Shown here piece by piece: positions 23,511 to 34,990 of a DNA stretch of 64,000 nucleotides (position 1 is its first letter; each line of letters starts with the position of its first letter). The DNA comes from Camelus ferus. Lineage: Eukaryota. The DNA lies in assembly GCF_009834535.1 (NCBI RefSeq), contig NC_045696.1, forward strand, positions 58,282,001 to 58,346,000. Reading direction: 5' to 3'. Under the pieces are notes generated by a model, which had not been told where the DNA came from, did not search any database, and saw only the letters and a program-made list of their open reading frames with translations. The position numbers and the translations under genes are program-made.

Positions 23511-26500
23511 CATACTCTTCTTTTTTAAGCCACAAGCATGTTGGGGGGCAGGGGTCTCTCTTGACTTGGCCCATCCCATGAGGCTGGCCTGGCTAGCTTG
23601 ACACATCCAAGCACCTATTCATTTCCCACTTCGGGGATTCCCTCCATTGAGCACATAACCCCTGGAAGAGGGCTTCCTCTAGCTCCTGGAAGGACTTAAG
23701 AGTCCCCTCCGAGCACCCGTTCACAAAATCAGGAACTGTGAACTCTCAATAATTTATAAACATGTTAAATAAGACCAGTTCTAGCCGTGATCCCTGGGGA
23801 GCTCACTGTTACTACTTCCCTCATTTAACATCAGCCCAAGCCAGACATCATTAGGAAGGGAAACCTCCGTCTCTCTCTTTTAAAAATCATGTAGCTTAAA
23901 TGGTTTGGGATTATTTGCTGCTTTGAATCATTCCTGTCACTGCTCCCTCCCATTACGGGGGTAATTAAGAATTGACTATGGTTGGCAAAAAGCATTTGAC
24001 AGCCAACTTTTTATTTGGTTTTTCAAGTGCCCCAGCCCTCCCTGCCCACCCCTCCGGTTTTCCCTTTCTTGTCCCTGTAGCTTTGCAGCCCAGGTCCCCC
24101 GGGGCTCCCCCCACCCAGGTCTGCCGCCTGTAAATACTCTTGGGGCCCCATGGAAACCACGCACTGAATGGAGGGAAAGCAGGGACACCATTCACTTGCC
24201 TCTTATTCCACTGCCCCATTTCCTCCAGGCACCTTGCCTGGTGTCCCTTGGGCTTGGGGCCAGAGTGTGTTTGTTCGGCTGCCCTGGTCACCCGGGAATG
24301 GGGTGGGCTCAGATCCCAGGCCTGTCCCCCAGCTGGTCATTCTTTCTTTCGAGAGTCATTCTCTCTGACCGGCTCAGGCAGGATTAGAGATTTCAGGAGG
24401 AAGAGCGTGCCTCTGATGGCAGAAGGAGAGGTCCCTGACACCAGGCAATCTCCAAGGCTGGCCAGTCAGGACCCTGTGGGATGAGGGGTCACCTGTCTCC
24501 ATCTCCCCAGCCACAGAGGCTCCTGGATCTCCTGCTGATCAGAGAAGGCCAGGGGCATCCAGCCAGCCGAATTCTTTAAAGGCAGCCCCAGGACTGGGGT
24601 GATCTTCATTTCCCAGCCCCCAACCGGAACCACACCTAAGCCAAAAATCCTAGAAATTCTTCTTGCTGTCTAACTTAAATCTTTTTTGCTGCAGGGTGCA
24701 TGAATCATGGTTTGTTCTGAGTTCAGGAAGCTGAGGCCCCACCTCTTTTGTATAATAAATCATCATGGAAACAAATGCAAACCATAAAGACACATAGGAA
24801 GTCAAGCAACCTTTAGGGGGAGATTGAGATTAGAACACAATGAAGCTTCTAGAACAGTTGCCAGAGTTCTCTTTCTTGACTTGAATGGAAGTATAAGGTG
24901 CTTAATATAACCCATTACTAAAATATCTATCTTGTAGTTTTCCATATTTGTTTAAAAATATCTCAATTACAATTAGAAGGAAAAAAATACATCATCAGAA
25001 TGTCAAAAAAAAAGTCAGTTGTGTCATCACTTAAGGACCTCTCCCCTGAACTCTTCTTTGGGGTGAACAACCCGACCGCCTTTAGCATTTCCTCCAAGGT
25101 TCAGGATGCCCACCCTGGATGGTTAGCTACATCTTGTGACATTTGTCTTAAGGGAACCTTTCAGGCCAGGTGTTGCTGGGCTACTTAAAAGGGCAGAGAG
25201 CTGGGACTGCCTTGAGCTCCCAGAACTGGCTGCATGCCTGTTCTGTGCTAACTTGCTAATAAAGTCTATATAGAGAGAATTTGGCCCAAGACTGCCTTTC
25301 ATGGTAACCTGTAGAGAGGTGGGGAGGGGGCCCACAGCCCCTATCGACCCCTGACGATTGCACGTTTATCTAGGAATCTGGCAGGACCTCATCGAGTAAC
25401 TGCTCAATAAATGTTAGCTTCCGTGATTCCCTCTGTTACTGCTGCTGTGAAGGGGAGGGGTGGTGGCAGGGGACGTGGTGTAGGAAGGGAAAAGAGGAAA
25501 GAGGAGAGACGCAAGGGCAGGTCACCCTCAGGTTTGGCCTTTAGTAAGACATTCACTCATCGGCCTCATAACTGGCCCTGCTGTGAAGAGGGGTATAAAC
25601 ACACAGCTGGCAAGGCTGACCCTTATCAGTAGGTTGTGACAGGGTTTTGCTACAGAGTTTGCCCATAATTCTCAAACTAACTTCCACCCTCTCTTCTCAT
25701 TGGCTGCCTCTCCCAGGGGCCATCCCCAGGTATGGAAAGCTGCAGATATGAGTCCAATGCTCAATGCGGGCCCCTCTTTGGGTTGGCTTGCCCAATCACC
25801 CCACCCTCACAGCTAATGAGATGCCTCGTCAGTTGGGAACTGACAGTCTATGTCTCTTGATGTCCGTCTGTGGTCTTCAGTTCAGTTTGGCCCATGTCAC
25901 TTTGCTCTTTCCCTCTCTGACACTCCTGGGCTCGCTTGCGTCCACCAAAAGCCATGGTGGAATTCTGGGCACATCAAAATGTTTTCCTTTAAGAATAATG
26001 ACAAAGGAAGCTACAGAGGAGGGAAGAGACAGGCAGACTTGTTCAATACAGGAGATTTTCCAGGGATAACACTGCAAATGTGAAGGCCCTAAAAAGCATA
26101 TAAAGGAAAAAATTAATTCCCTGCTCTGGTTCCAAGGACATCTTCGAAATATATTATTTCAAATATATTTCTATATTCTGAAACTTCTTCAGAATGAATA
26201 AAGTATTTAGGAAGGGGTGTTTTTATGTTCCCAAATTGCTTCTAAAAATTATGCAGTAAGAGTTTATGTGAAGCAAGTGACATCAATCTTTTTGTCCATC
26301 TATAATGATGCACCTTGTTTGACATTCCCTCCTAAATGACCTACAGAAAAATCAATTGTTCCTAGGAATCCAAGTACATTTCCACTTACGAGTACAGAGG
26401 AAAGTAAAATAAATTACCTCAATCAAGTGTGGGAAAAATTTTGTCCTCAGCAACTTCAGTTGTTGTGAAAGTACTGGGTCTAGGATTCGGAGGCAGATCT

Positions 26501-26716
26501 GTGGAGGGGTGAGAGGGCCCCAGCATTTAACAGAGCTACTAAAACGCATACAAAACACGACCCAGTGGCTCAATGCTGCAGACATCAGGTATCTTTGGGG
26601 TTTGGATCTAGAGAAAGCTGGGGGCCTCCCAAGCAAATCCCCCCAAGATGACGGTCATGCCATTGTATGGCTCCCATCTGTATCCTAAGTCTCCTATTGC
26701 ACATGAAAGAAACAGA

Positions 26717-26726
26717 CCATATTTGG
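26717..26726. promoter_or_regulatory. Perfect CArG box (SRF site) CCATATTTGG / CCAAATATGG
   Basis: Exact CC(A/T)6GG match seen in the sequence; function is inferred. Confidence 0.45.
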
Positions 26727-26999
26727 AAAAACATGGTGCAAATCAAGAGGTAAATTAACATGTGAAAAAGGAGAGAAGTTTGTCTCAATCTGGGCAAATC
26801 TTCAGTTTTTAGGACTCTGGAAAGATGATAAAAATGAAGTGTTTGAAGAATCAAAAATGACTCAAGGTGATGGCTCAGAGAATGAGGCTGATTAGATAAA
26901 GTTCTTCAGAGCAAATTGTTTTCAATGAGATTTAAAGATTTCCTTCTCCTTTCTTTCCACAATTCCTTTTCTGAAAATAAGTGCTTTTCTGTTTCTCAC

Positions 27000-27148
27000 C
27001 AACACCAAGTCCAGAAAACATAATACTGTCCTTTGTCTTACTCTAAGTGTGTCGTAGATGGATTCTTCTGTTCAAGGTTTTGCCTACTTCTTAAAAACTG
27101 TCAGAAGAGAAGAGATGCTAGACTTTTGAAAGAGCGGGTGCTTTTATA
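27000..27148 (-). promoter_or_regulatory. Candidate TATA promoter and short non-coding first exon
   Basis: Minus-strand TATAAAAG at 27148-27141, a CA start near 27116, and donors AGA|GTAAGA (exon end 27042) and TTG|GTGAGA (exon end 27000). Confidence 0.35.
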
Positions 27149-27569
27149 AGGGGAAACTTGGAATTATTAGCAGAATACATTGTAGTATACACGTTGATAT
27201 ATGCAACAAGCTAATTTGCTTTTTTAAAAATGAATTACATACAACTATTTTGATGTTCTGAAACAAAGGGATGTCAGATCTTGTGAAAATCACCAAAAAG
27301 AGAAAAGTTTTATACCTATATTCATTTTCTTTCTAGTATTTGACAAACCAGTCTGTTTTCCCTGTGCCTCCAAATTTCTGAGAGTGTTTAAATCCAAGGT
27401 AAGACCCTCCTGGTGCTCCCCAGAATGGGGAAGGAGTGGCAGGATGGGGCACTGGGAGGTGAGGCAGGCTCCAGACACATGTGTCCATGTGTGGGTCCGC
27501 CTGTGTGTCTGTGTGTGTTGGCCCTCCCCCTCCCCGTGCAGTGCAAATGGTGGGTAGAAGGGAAACAAG

Positions 27570-27573
<4 letters not shown>

Positions 27574-27603
<30 letters not shown>
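27574..27603. repeat. (AC)15 microsatellite
   Basis: Read directly from the sequence. Confidence 0.97.
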
Positions 27604-27605
<2 letters not shown>

Positions 27606-28872
27606 CACAGGGGCATCCACTCAACCAAGGAAAAAAACTCATCCGAGGTTAACCCCATAACCCTGCATTTGCTCCACCCTCTTCAAAAGAGATTTGAAAT
27701 TCTTTCCCAAACTTCGCAGCACTTTCCATGAGAATGGGGATGTTCCTGCATAAAACATGAGTTTGGGAGGGCAGGGAGCAAGCAGGCTTGGGGGAGCCTT
27801 GGGGAGTTGGGGGGAGTGGGCAAGGAGAACAGAGCCATGGGGGAAGGGAAGGGAGTCTGTTTTCTCAGGCTGCATTTCTTGCAGGCTCCTTGGAGACCAG
27901 AGAAAGGCCGGGAAAGGTCTCAGCTGGGGCTGGGCCGCTCGCAGAACCCGCGGAAAGCGGGAAGCTGAGCCTGGCCCGACGGAGCCCTATCAGCGGGGCT
28001 TTGAGGACCTCCAGGAAACTGATGCAGATGTCTGCACCAAGGCAGGAGAGAGGGTTTGGGTGAGGAGAAGGCCCGGAGGGGAGAAAAGCAGAGGGAGGGA
28101 AGAAGCCCGTATTAAGCACTAAGACTGTGGCACTCTCCCCCTTCTAAGACGGCTGGTACACGGAGGACGGAGACAAAGGTTCTATTTCTTTTGGTGTCAT
28201 CACACAATCCAACTCAGCACCAGGCCTTTTCCATGCTGTTTTGTGAATGACTGCAGGTGGCCAGACAGGATTCTTAGCCTGTTACTAGCACCCCAGCGAG
28301 GAGGATTTAGGGGTTTGCAAGAGGTCTTCTCGCTGGCAAGCTGGTTATTAGTATTGCTTGAATTAACTCAGTGATGGGCTAAATGCCAGCAGCAGGAGCA
28401 AGATGTTAGGGCACTCTGCTCCTCTGGGGGAAGAGGCGTTGCTAAAGTCACCGGGCAGTGCTCTCACCGGAGGCTCTGAAAGGGCAGGCTTGTTCACGGT
28501 GCTGTGGGAGCATGTGGTGAGGATCAGAGTGGGCATCCTGTGCGGTGTGCCCTACAGATGCCCCGTACCAGTCACTAGACTGCTGGCCCACCTCTGCGGG
28601 CCCCTCCCTAATGAGACTGGGATGGAAGCCACCACCTTGAGTCCCTCTCTGGAAAAAGCCATGGTGTACATAATGGATTTGGTCTTGTTTTTTGTTTTTT
28701 GTTTTTAATTTTTTTGTAATTCTGAGGATTTAACGACATCCTCAAGATTACTGGCTGTGCTCCAGAATGTGGCTACTGGATTTTTGCAGGTCACTAGTTA
28801 CTGCAAGGTGGACAGTGATGAGATCAGCCACAGAGCTGCAGTTGGAAGGGGGCCCCCCTGAGATGTTCTAGA

Positions 28873-29058
28873 GCTGTGGACCTCAAACCTGAGCTGTATC
28901 AGCATCACCCAGAGGACATGGTAAACACAGGTTGCCAGGCCCAAACCTGGAGTTTTGGATTCTGGGGTCTGGGCAGAAGCCTGAGAATCTGCATCTCTAA
29001 TGAGTTCTCAGATGCTGCTGCTGCTGGTGGTCCCAGGACCACACTGTGAGGACCCCTG
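28873..29058 (-). mobile_element. MER5A
   Basis: 'cctgagaatctgcatctctaatgagttctcagatgctgctg...ggtcccaggaccacact'. Confidence 0.8.
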
Positions 29059-29124
29059 TTCTACAACACCCCCTCATTTTATATATGAGGAATAGGCATC
29101 AGGGTTTTAATGGTAGAACCTTCA

Positions 29125-29258
29125 GATTGGTTCCAGGGTGCCTGTGGATACCAAAATCTGAGGATGCCTAAGTCCTTTATGTATAATGTATTAATAGTAC
29201 AGTAGCCCCCACCCCGCCACCCCCTGCAGGCTCTGCGTCTGCGATCCAGGGGCAACTG
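29125..29258 (+). mobile_element. MER2-like Tigger-derived MITE fragment
   Basis: 'gattggttccagg...ggataccaaaatctgaggatgcctaagtcctttat'. Confidence 0.65.
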
Positions 29259-29799
29259 CACTACCAGCCCCTTTCCCTGAGCCCCTCCTCACCCACTAAA
29301 GAGGAGAATGTGGATGTGATTCCAGAAGGAGAGGAAAGACACCAGATGGTTGAAATCAAACAATTCCCCCTCTCCACTCCCCATCTGTCCAGGTAGGGTC
29401 TACAGAAACACCAGCCACCTGAGTCCCACTGGAGGGCCTGAAGGGGCAACTGGGAGGAAGTGATCAGTCCCATAGCTGGACAGGCAGACAGCAGAAAAGG
29501 AGGAGAGGGAAGGAAGGAGCAAACAGACTGTGGAAAGCAATTAACCCAGAGCGGAGGATCAGGGGCACTGGGGAGCCTCCTGCCAGCCCTGGGGGGCAGA
29601 GATTAACAAGAGCCTCCAGGACTTGGCAGTGTGGGAGCGGTCCTGCTGCTTCCAGCTGTGACTTGACCCCACATCTCAGTTATCTCTTGAAAGCCCTGGG
29701 GTGGGGTCTGGAAAGCTTTGCTGGGAGAATAGCCAGAAAACCAATTAATCTGGACCTCAACCAGGCTCCCACAGCTGTGTGAGGGCCACCATGTCTCAA

Positions 29800-29900
29800 T
29801 CAGCCTCCCCTAGACTGTGAGCTCCTCAGAGCTGGAGATGGCATCACCTAGCGCAGGGCTGGTAAGAACTCAATAAAAGTTGGATAAAGAAGTGAATGCA
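29800..29900 (+). mobile_element. L2 3' end
   Basis: 'cccctagactgtgagctcctc...cctagcgcagggctgg...actcaataaa'. Confidence 0.7.
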
Positions 29901-31512
29901 GCCCTCCTGCCCAGCTCCCGCAGAAGTGGGCTCTGCCTTCAGCAGACCCCTCAAAGAGAGTAACACCTGCTTAAGCTTTCAGTGTAGACCTCCCAGGCTG
30001 GGGATGACCAGTGGGGCTCCCGTTACTAATTGACACAGTTTGGGCAGCAGTCTCCTTCTCCAAATACCCTCTCCACATCACTCTCCTTGCTCCACTATGG
30101 AAAAAAATCCTTTCTGACCAGCACACGTTCTGACAACCTCAATACCCCTACTCGGGGGGCCTGGGCTGGGAACCCCTGGCCCTATTAGTTGTCTTGCCCA
30201 CCCATCCAGTTCCCAGGCTCAGAGCCCCCTGTTTCCCAGCAGCAACACAGGCTGCTGGTGGGCCAGAGAGGGCTGTGACTTAGCATCGCTGCAAGTGTTG
30301 CCCAGGTTCAGGTGGTAGGGAAAAAGGTCCCTCGTGCACAGCGGCACCATGCCTTCTCCCTGTAAGCTGACCTTGAGCCAGCCCAACAAGGGCCCTGATG
30401 GGCTTCTTGGTTCGTGCCTGGTCTCATGCACACAGGCTTGTGCCCTCTGTGGGAACACACAAGGGCTTCTAGCCCTCTGAGTGACCTCTCTGTCCCTGTT
30501 TCATGCTGGGGGAGTCTCATATCAGTCCTGGAGTTTACATAAACCCAGGCCTGGCCCTGTCTGTGGGCCCTGTCCCCTTATGTGACCAGCTAGCCCAGAA
30601 CAGAATAGACATATAGTAGGTGGAGACCTAGCTCTGTCCTGGGATCATGAAACTGCAAGCCTCAGTTCAAAAGCTGCAAATCACAAAGCTGTTTATTACC
30701 CACAAAGCTGCCCATATAATGAGATTTCTCTCCCCTTCTCCAATGCCCTTCCAGCTTTCAGAGAAAACTGGCTCCTTGAGGGAGATGGGGCCAGGAAGAG
30801 AGGCCGAAGGCTCCCAAATAGTTGCTGGGGAAAACAGCGTCTGTGCTATTAGGGAGACCATGGAGGCCCAGGACCTATGGACAGCATGTTGGGGCTTACC
30901 TGGGGTGACCACAGCTCCCAGAAGCACTGCTCAGCCACCTCCAGTCCCTGATCTTTAGATGCTGCTTGTTTGGGGACTGTAAATTTACTTGCTGGAATCA
31001 AGCATCATTAGGAGATAAAATTTGCTGCAAATGGATCACACAAGGCAATTCAAAGCCCAGCGGGCTGATTAGGGGATGATTTGCTGGTTTGTAACACCTG
31101 CAGCACCTCTCTGCTCTATCCCACAAATCAGAATTTGGTCATAATTTCTCTGCAACATGAGGCTTCCCGTAAGTCCCTCCTCTGTGTGTGTAGGGGGAAG
31201 AGGGGGCAGGGGAGCCTGCCTTCTAGCTCAGAAGACAAGTTTGAGCAGAGTAGATGGGAGACACAGAGGGAAAAAGGGCTGGCCCTACCTACTCAAGGAG
31301 AAAGGAAGGGCACTCCTTAGCCAGCTTCTCTACCTGCCCCCCAAACTCACTGTCAGACTAAGGGATCTGAGGGTCTCTCTCCCTCTCCACATTGGCTCCA
31401 GTCTACAGAATTTTGGGTTCTGAAATATCTCCTCCCTTGTGAAGCTCTCCTGGACTGATGAAGAACAAAGCCACCACGACCCTACAGAGATTCTGATAAA
31501 CAAGAAACTCAG

Positions 31513-31639
31513 TGGGGGAGGGCATAGCTCACGCTTAGCATGCAAGAGGTCCTGGGTTCAATTCCCAGTACCTCCTCCAAATAGAAATAAATAAATAAAC
31601 CTAATTACCTCTCCCTCATAAAACAGAGGGGAAAAAAAC
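31513..31639 (+). mobile_element. Camelid vic-1-type tRNA-derived SINE
   Basis: 'ggggagggcatagctca...gcttagcatgcaagaggtcctgggttcaattcccagtacctcc...aaataaataaacctaattacctc'; B-box GGTTCAATTCC; perfect TSD CAAGAAACTCAG at 31501-31512 and 31640-31651. Confidence 0.9.
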
Positions 31640-32263
31640 CAAGAAACTCAGGAAGCTTCTCCCCTTGTTTGCTCTTCCTCAGAAATATTTAGCCTAAAAG
31701 GATGAGACTTAATCCAAGCAAGGCATAGAATCCTCCAGATCGGTTTATTTCTTTATTGGTGCATAAAAGGACATCTATCTCACTCTGCAAGCCCCCCAAG
31801 GCCAGCTCACCTCCACCTCATTCACTTGGTATGGGATCCAGAAAGCTGCAAGCAAGTGCACATGCATCACACATGCCATGGGTGAACCGGTCCTGGCCTC
31901 CACGCCACTCTTGGCTTTGGTGCAAATGTCAGGAGGGAGGAGTGGTGCCCTGCAGTAGGATTTTCCTTCCCACACCTCATCCCCCACAGATGGAGGCCCA
32001 ATCCAGCACCCCTGAGCATCACCACCACATGTGAACCAGGAAGATCTGGAAGTTGGTGGAGACTGGAGAGAGGTAGACATGATTCTCGCATAAATCAGAT
32101 GGGAACATGAGTGAGAGCGTTAGAGCCCAGAGCTCAGGGGTCTGCACTCCGAGGCCAGAGACAGGTACACGTCACTTGGCCATACTGAGACCTGGTCCCA
32201 GGAGGCCAAAGACCACCTGAGGGCCAAAGGAGAGAACACAGCAGCAGCAGGGTTAATAGAAAC

Positions 32264-32448
32264 CAGCCCTCTCAACTGAAGTAAACTTGTCCCTGTCTAG
32301 AGACACTTATGGGTGTCATAATTGAGGGTGCTACTGGTAAGTAGAGGCCAGGGATCCTGGTAAACATCCTGCAAGTCTGAGGACAGGGCCCCACCACCAG
32401 GAACTATCAATCCCCAAAGGTCAGTGGTGCTGCCATTTAGAAACCCTG
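32264..32448 (+). mobile_element. MER20 (hAT-Charlie)
   Basis: 'tgtctagagacact...gggtgctactgg...gtagaggccagggat...taaacatcct...aggacag...agaaaccctg'. Confidence 0.85.
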
Positions 32449-33629
32449 CCCTAAACCCTGCTGTTCCCACCCCCGACCCCCACCATGCCATGATTTCGGA
32501 ATTGTAAGGTCAGAATTCTCAAATGAGTCAGACTCATGGTCCTCCATCCCTGCCTTGGACTTCAGGCAGGTCCCAAAGGATTCGGATATATTGGGGGAGT
32601 GGCGTGCAGAGCTGTCCCTCCTATGAACCTCTGGAAAGTTGGAGATATTCCCCAAAGGGACCTCAGCAGTCATCACGTTTGAACATACTCAACGTATGAA
32701 ACTTATGGGGATATAAGCAAAGACTGTACAATCACAAGGGAGCAAAAACATGACCACAGACACGTTTGGGATGCTAGAAAGATGGGCATCCCTGTGGAGT
32801 CAGAAGGGACAGTTGAGGCCCAGGCAGGAGTATCGGAAGCATGACGTCACTCGGCGTGCAGCTGCCTCACAGCCCTCCTTATTCCTAGAGGCAGTACACG
32901 CTGAAAACACAGCCATAACCACTAAGGACAACAGTTTAGATGAATATGCAGGGGACAGGGCTCTCAGAGGTCCCTCTGTCCCAAGGACCTCATCTCCCCA
33001 GCCTCATCATGCCTCATTTTGCACATTCCAAATGGGGACCTGCCACTGTTCCAACGCCCTTTCCTGGCAGTGCCAGCAGCTGCCTGGCCCTCCGAAGCCC
33101 ATGGGTCCTCAGCGGTCCATGTGTCCAAGGGAGCAAGTAGGACTGAGGGCCCCTCTCAGTGGCTCCAGGATGGTGATGTCAGGGTGGGAGGAGGTGACGA
33201 GACACGTGGTGGGGAAAGAAAGGCAACCTCACCCTGTGCTTCTGGCCTTTCAACCCACAGGGCTTTGGCAGCAAGAGTGCAGGTTGGTCCCAGAGCTGGA
33301 AACACCTGTGAGTAGCCGGCGTGTTCGGGCTGCCCACCCCTCCACACACTCTTGGGCACATCTTCACCCAACCAGGAGAGGGGAGCCGTGAGAGAAGCCT
33401 CTCCTTCCAGGGTGCCCTTACTCCTGAGAAAAACACTCACAGGCAGCCCCAGTTCCCTGATGCCTCATGCAGGCGGCCCCACTCCTGAGATCTGCCACCC
33501 TACCCAGCTGGCATGAGGTGGGGCAAATTCATGTCTAGTCTCTGAAAATCAAGCCAAAGAGCTGGTACACTGTGGCTCATGTGGGCACAGCCAATGAACA
33601 TGCAAAGGGACATCTGTCCAAGTACTCAC

Positions 33630-33750
33630 CACTAGCAGCCCCGCTGTGGGCTCCCAGAGCCCCAAACACGGTGTGGGGTAATCAGATGGCAGCGGCAGGA
33701 GAAGCAGCCCTGGGGAAGCCGGCACCGACAGCCCAGCGGTGCATCAGAGC
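33630..33750 (-). other. Candidate non-coding (5' UTR or lncRNA) exon
   Basis: Strong donor GTG|GTGAGT after 33630 and a C-rich acceptor 'ccccactcccctgccccctag|' before 33750. All three frames contain stops. The exon could instead extend up into the CpG-rich block as a first exon. Confidence 0.4.
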
Positions 33751-33949
33751 CTAGGGGGCAGGGGAGTGGGGCAGTGGGCGCTCCACCCCCTCATCCCCAG
33801 TGCCAGCCTCAAGCCCCAGCCCTGCCTGGGAGTGGGACTGGGGCCACAGGCACCCCCAGTTCTCAGTTCTCAGAAAGGGGCTGGCAGCTTCCTTAAGCTG
33901 AGGAGGGCTCAAGTGCCTGCTAGTGTTTCTCAGTCCAGGGGACCAGGAC

Positions 33950-34990
33950 AGCTGCTACTGCATTCAGAGAGAAAGCACTTCCCTGTAAAACCAACCCGGG
34001 CTGCTGCGCTCAGCTTAGCAAGAAAACATCTCCGTCCTGCCTGGTGGCTCCAGCAGCTTGGTCCGGCCGCAGGGAAAGCAGGACACAGCGCAGCAGCCCG
34101 CTCAAACAGCTCCGATTGTCCCTCACACTGCCCAGCCTCGCTCCCAGCGCCAGACAAAAGCGCTGGAAACAGCTCGCAGCCCCAGCAGTAACACACCAAT
34201 CACCAGCGCCCAGGCTGTCCTCCGGCCGAGCCCCGGCCAGCCCTCCAAAGGCGGGCTTCCTCTCCAGAGTTTCCTCAAAGGCATTTGAGGATGCTTTAGG
34301 TTATATCCTCATGGAGTGGTCTGCTCATTCCAGAAAGACTCCAACTTTGGCTGGACCAGAGAGCAGTGGTGTAATGCAAAAGCCTGGCTTAGGGAGACAG
34401 ACAGACCTGCGAGAGTTTGTGTGTGTGCATGTGTGTGTATGTGCACGCGCGCGCGCAGGAATGCCTATGTGTGGGTGAGGGGGGAGGGAACGTGAGGGGA
34501 CTGTGTGTGCGTGGAAGAGTGTGAGAGGCTGTGTGTGCATGCATGCATGGGAGCGAGAGGAGTATGAGAGGTCTGGGGTGTGTGTGTGTGTGTGGGTGGG
34601 TGGGTGGGGTGTGTGTGTGTGTGTGGTGGGTGGGTGGGGGTGTGTGTGTGTGTGTGTGCAGGAGACGAGTGTGAGAGGCAGGGTGCATGCTTCTTCCCGG
34701 GGTGTCTGTCCCTCTCTTGGTTTTGAGACCAAAGGGGTGGGGGGATGGGTGGTGAGAGACTTGGATTCCAGAACAGGCAGGAGACACCATCCTTTCCTCC
34801 CGCCCCGGAGGGTGATAATGCCACCCCTCACTCCTGCCGCCTCCACAGCTGCTGCTGTCAGCAGTCGGCTTCCTCTGCTGAACACTCTCTCGGGTAACAA
34901 CTTTGGAAGAAAAAGCGTTTCACAGAAGAGTCGGCAGCACGATTCCTCTTTTTTCCAGCTTGGGGCCATTTCTGCCCCCATTTTGGTCAC
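33950..34990 (-). promoter_or_regulatory. CpG-enriched promoter/first-exon-like region
   Basis: About 17 CpGs counted in 33990-34260, far denser than the flanks; GC box CCGCCC near 34800; CCAAT at about 34196; no interspersed repeat recognised. Confidence 0.5.
34418..34660. repeat. Compound (TG)n/(CG)n/(GGGT)n simple repeat
   Basis: 40-bp perfectly alternating purine-pyrimidine run at 34418-34457 including (CG)5; (TG)n tracts interleaved with GGGTGGGTGGGTGGGG at 34594-34609. Confidence 0.95.

Noticed and set aside
25998..26895. Possible processed pseudogene in the AT-rich island (plus strand)
   Set aside because: Manual translation gives multiple stops and no recognisable parent protein, and I see no poly-A tail or TSD. 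A tBLASTx search would settle it
31513..31575. tRNA-like sequence
   Set aside because: SINE head with a disrupted D-arm, an A-rich tail and a TSD; not a tRNA gene
32750..33391. 213-aa ATG ORF
   Set aside because: No recognisable family or exon structure
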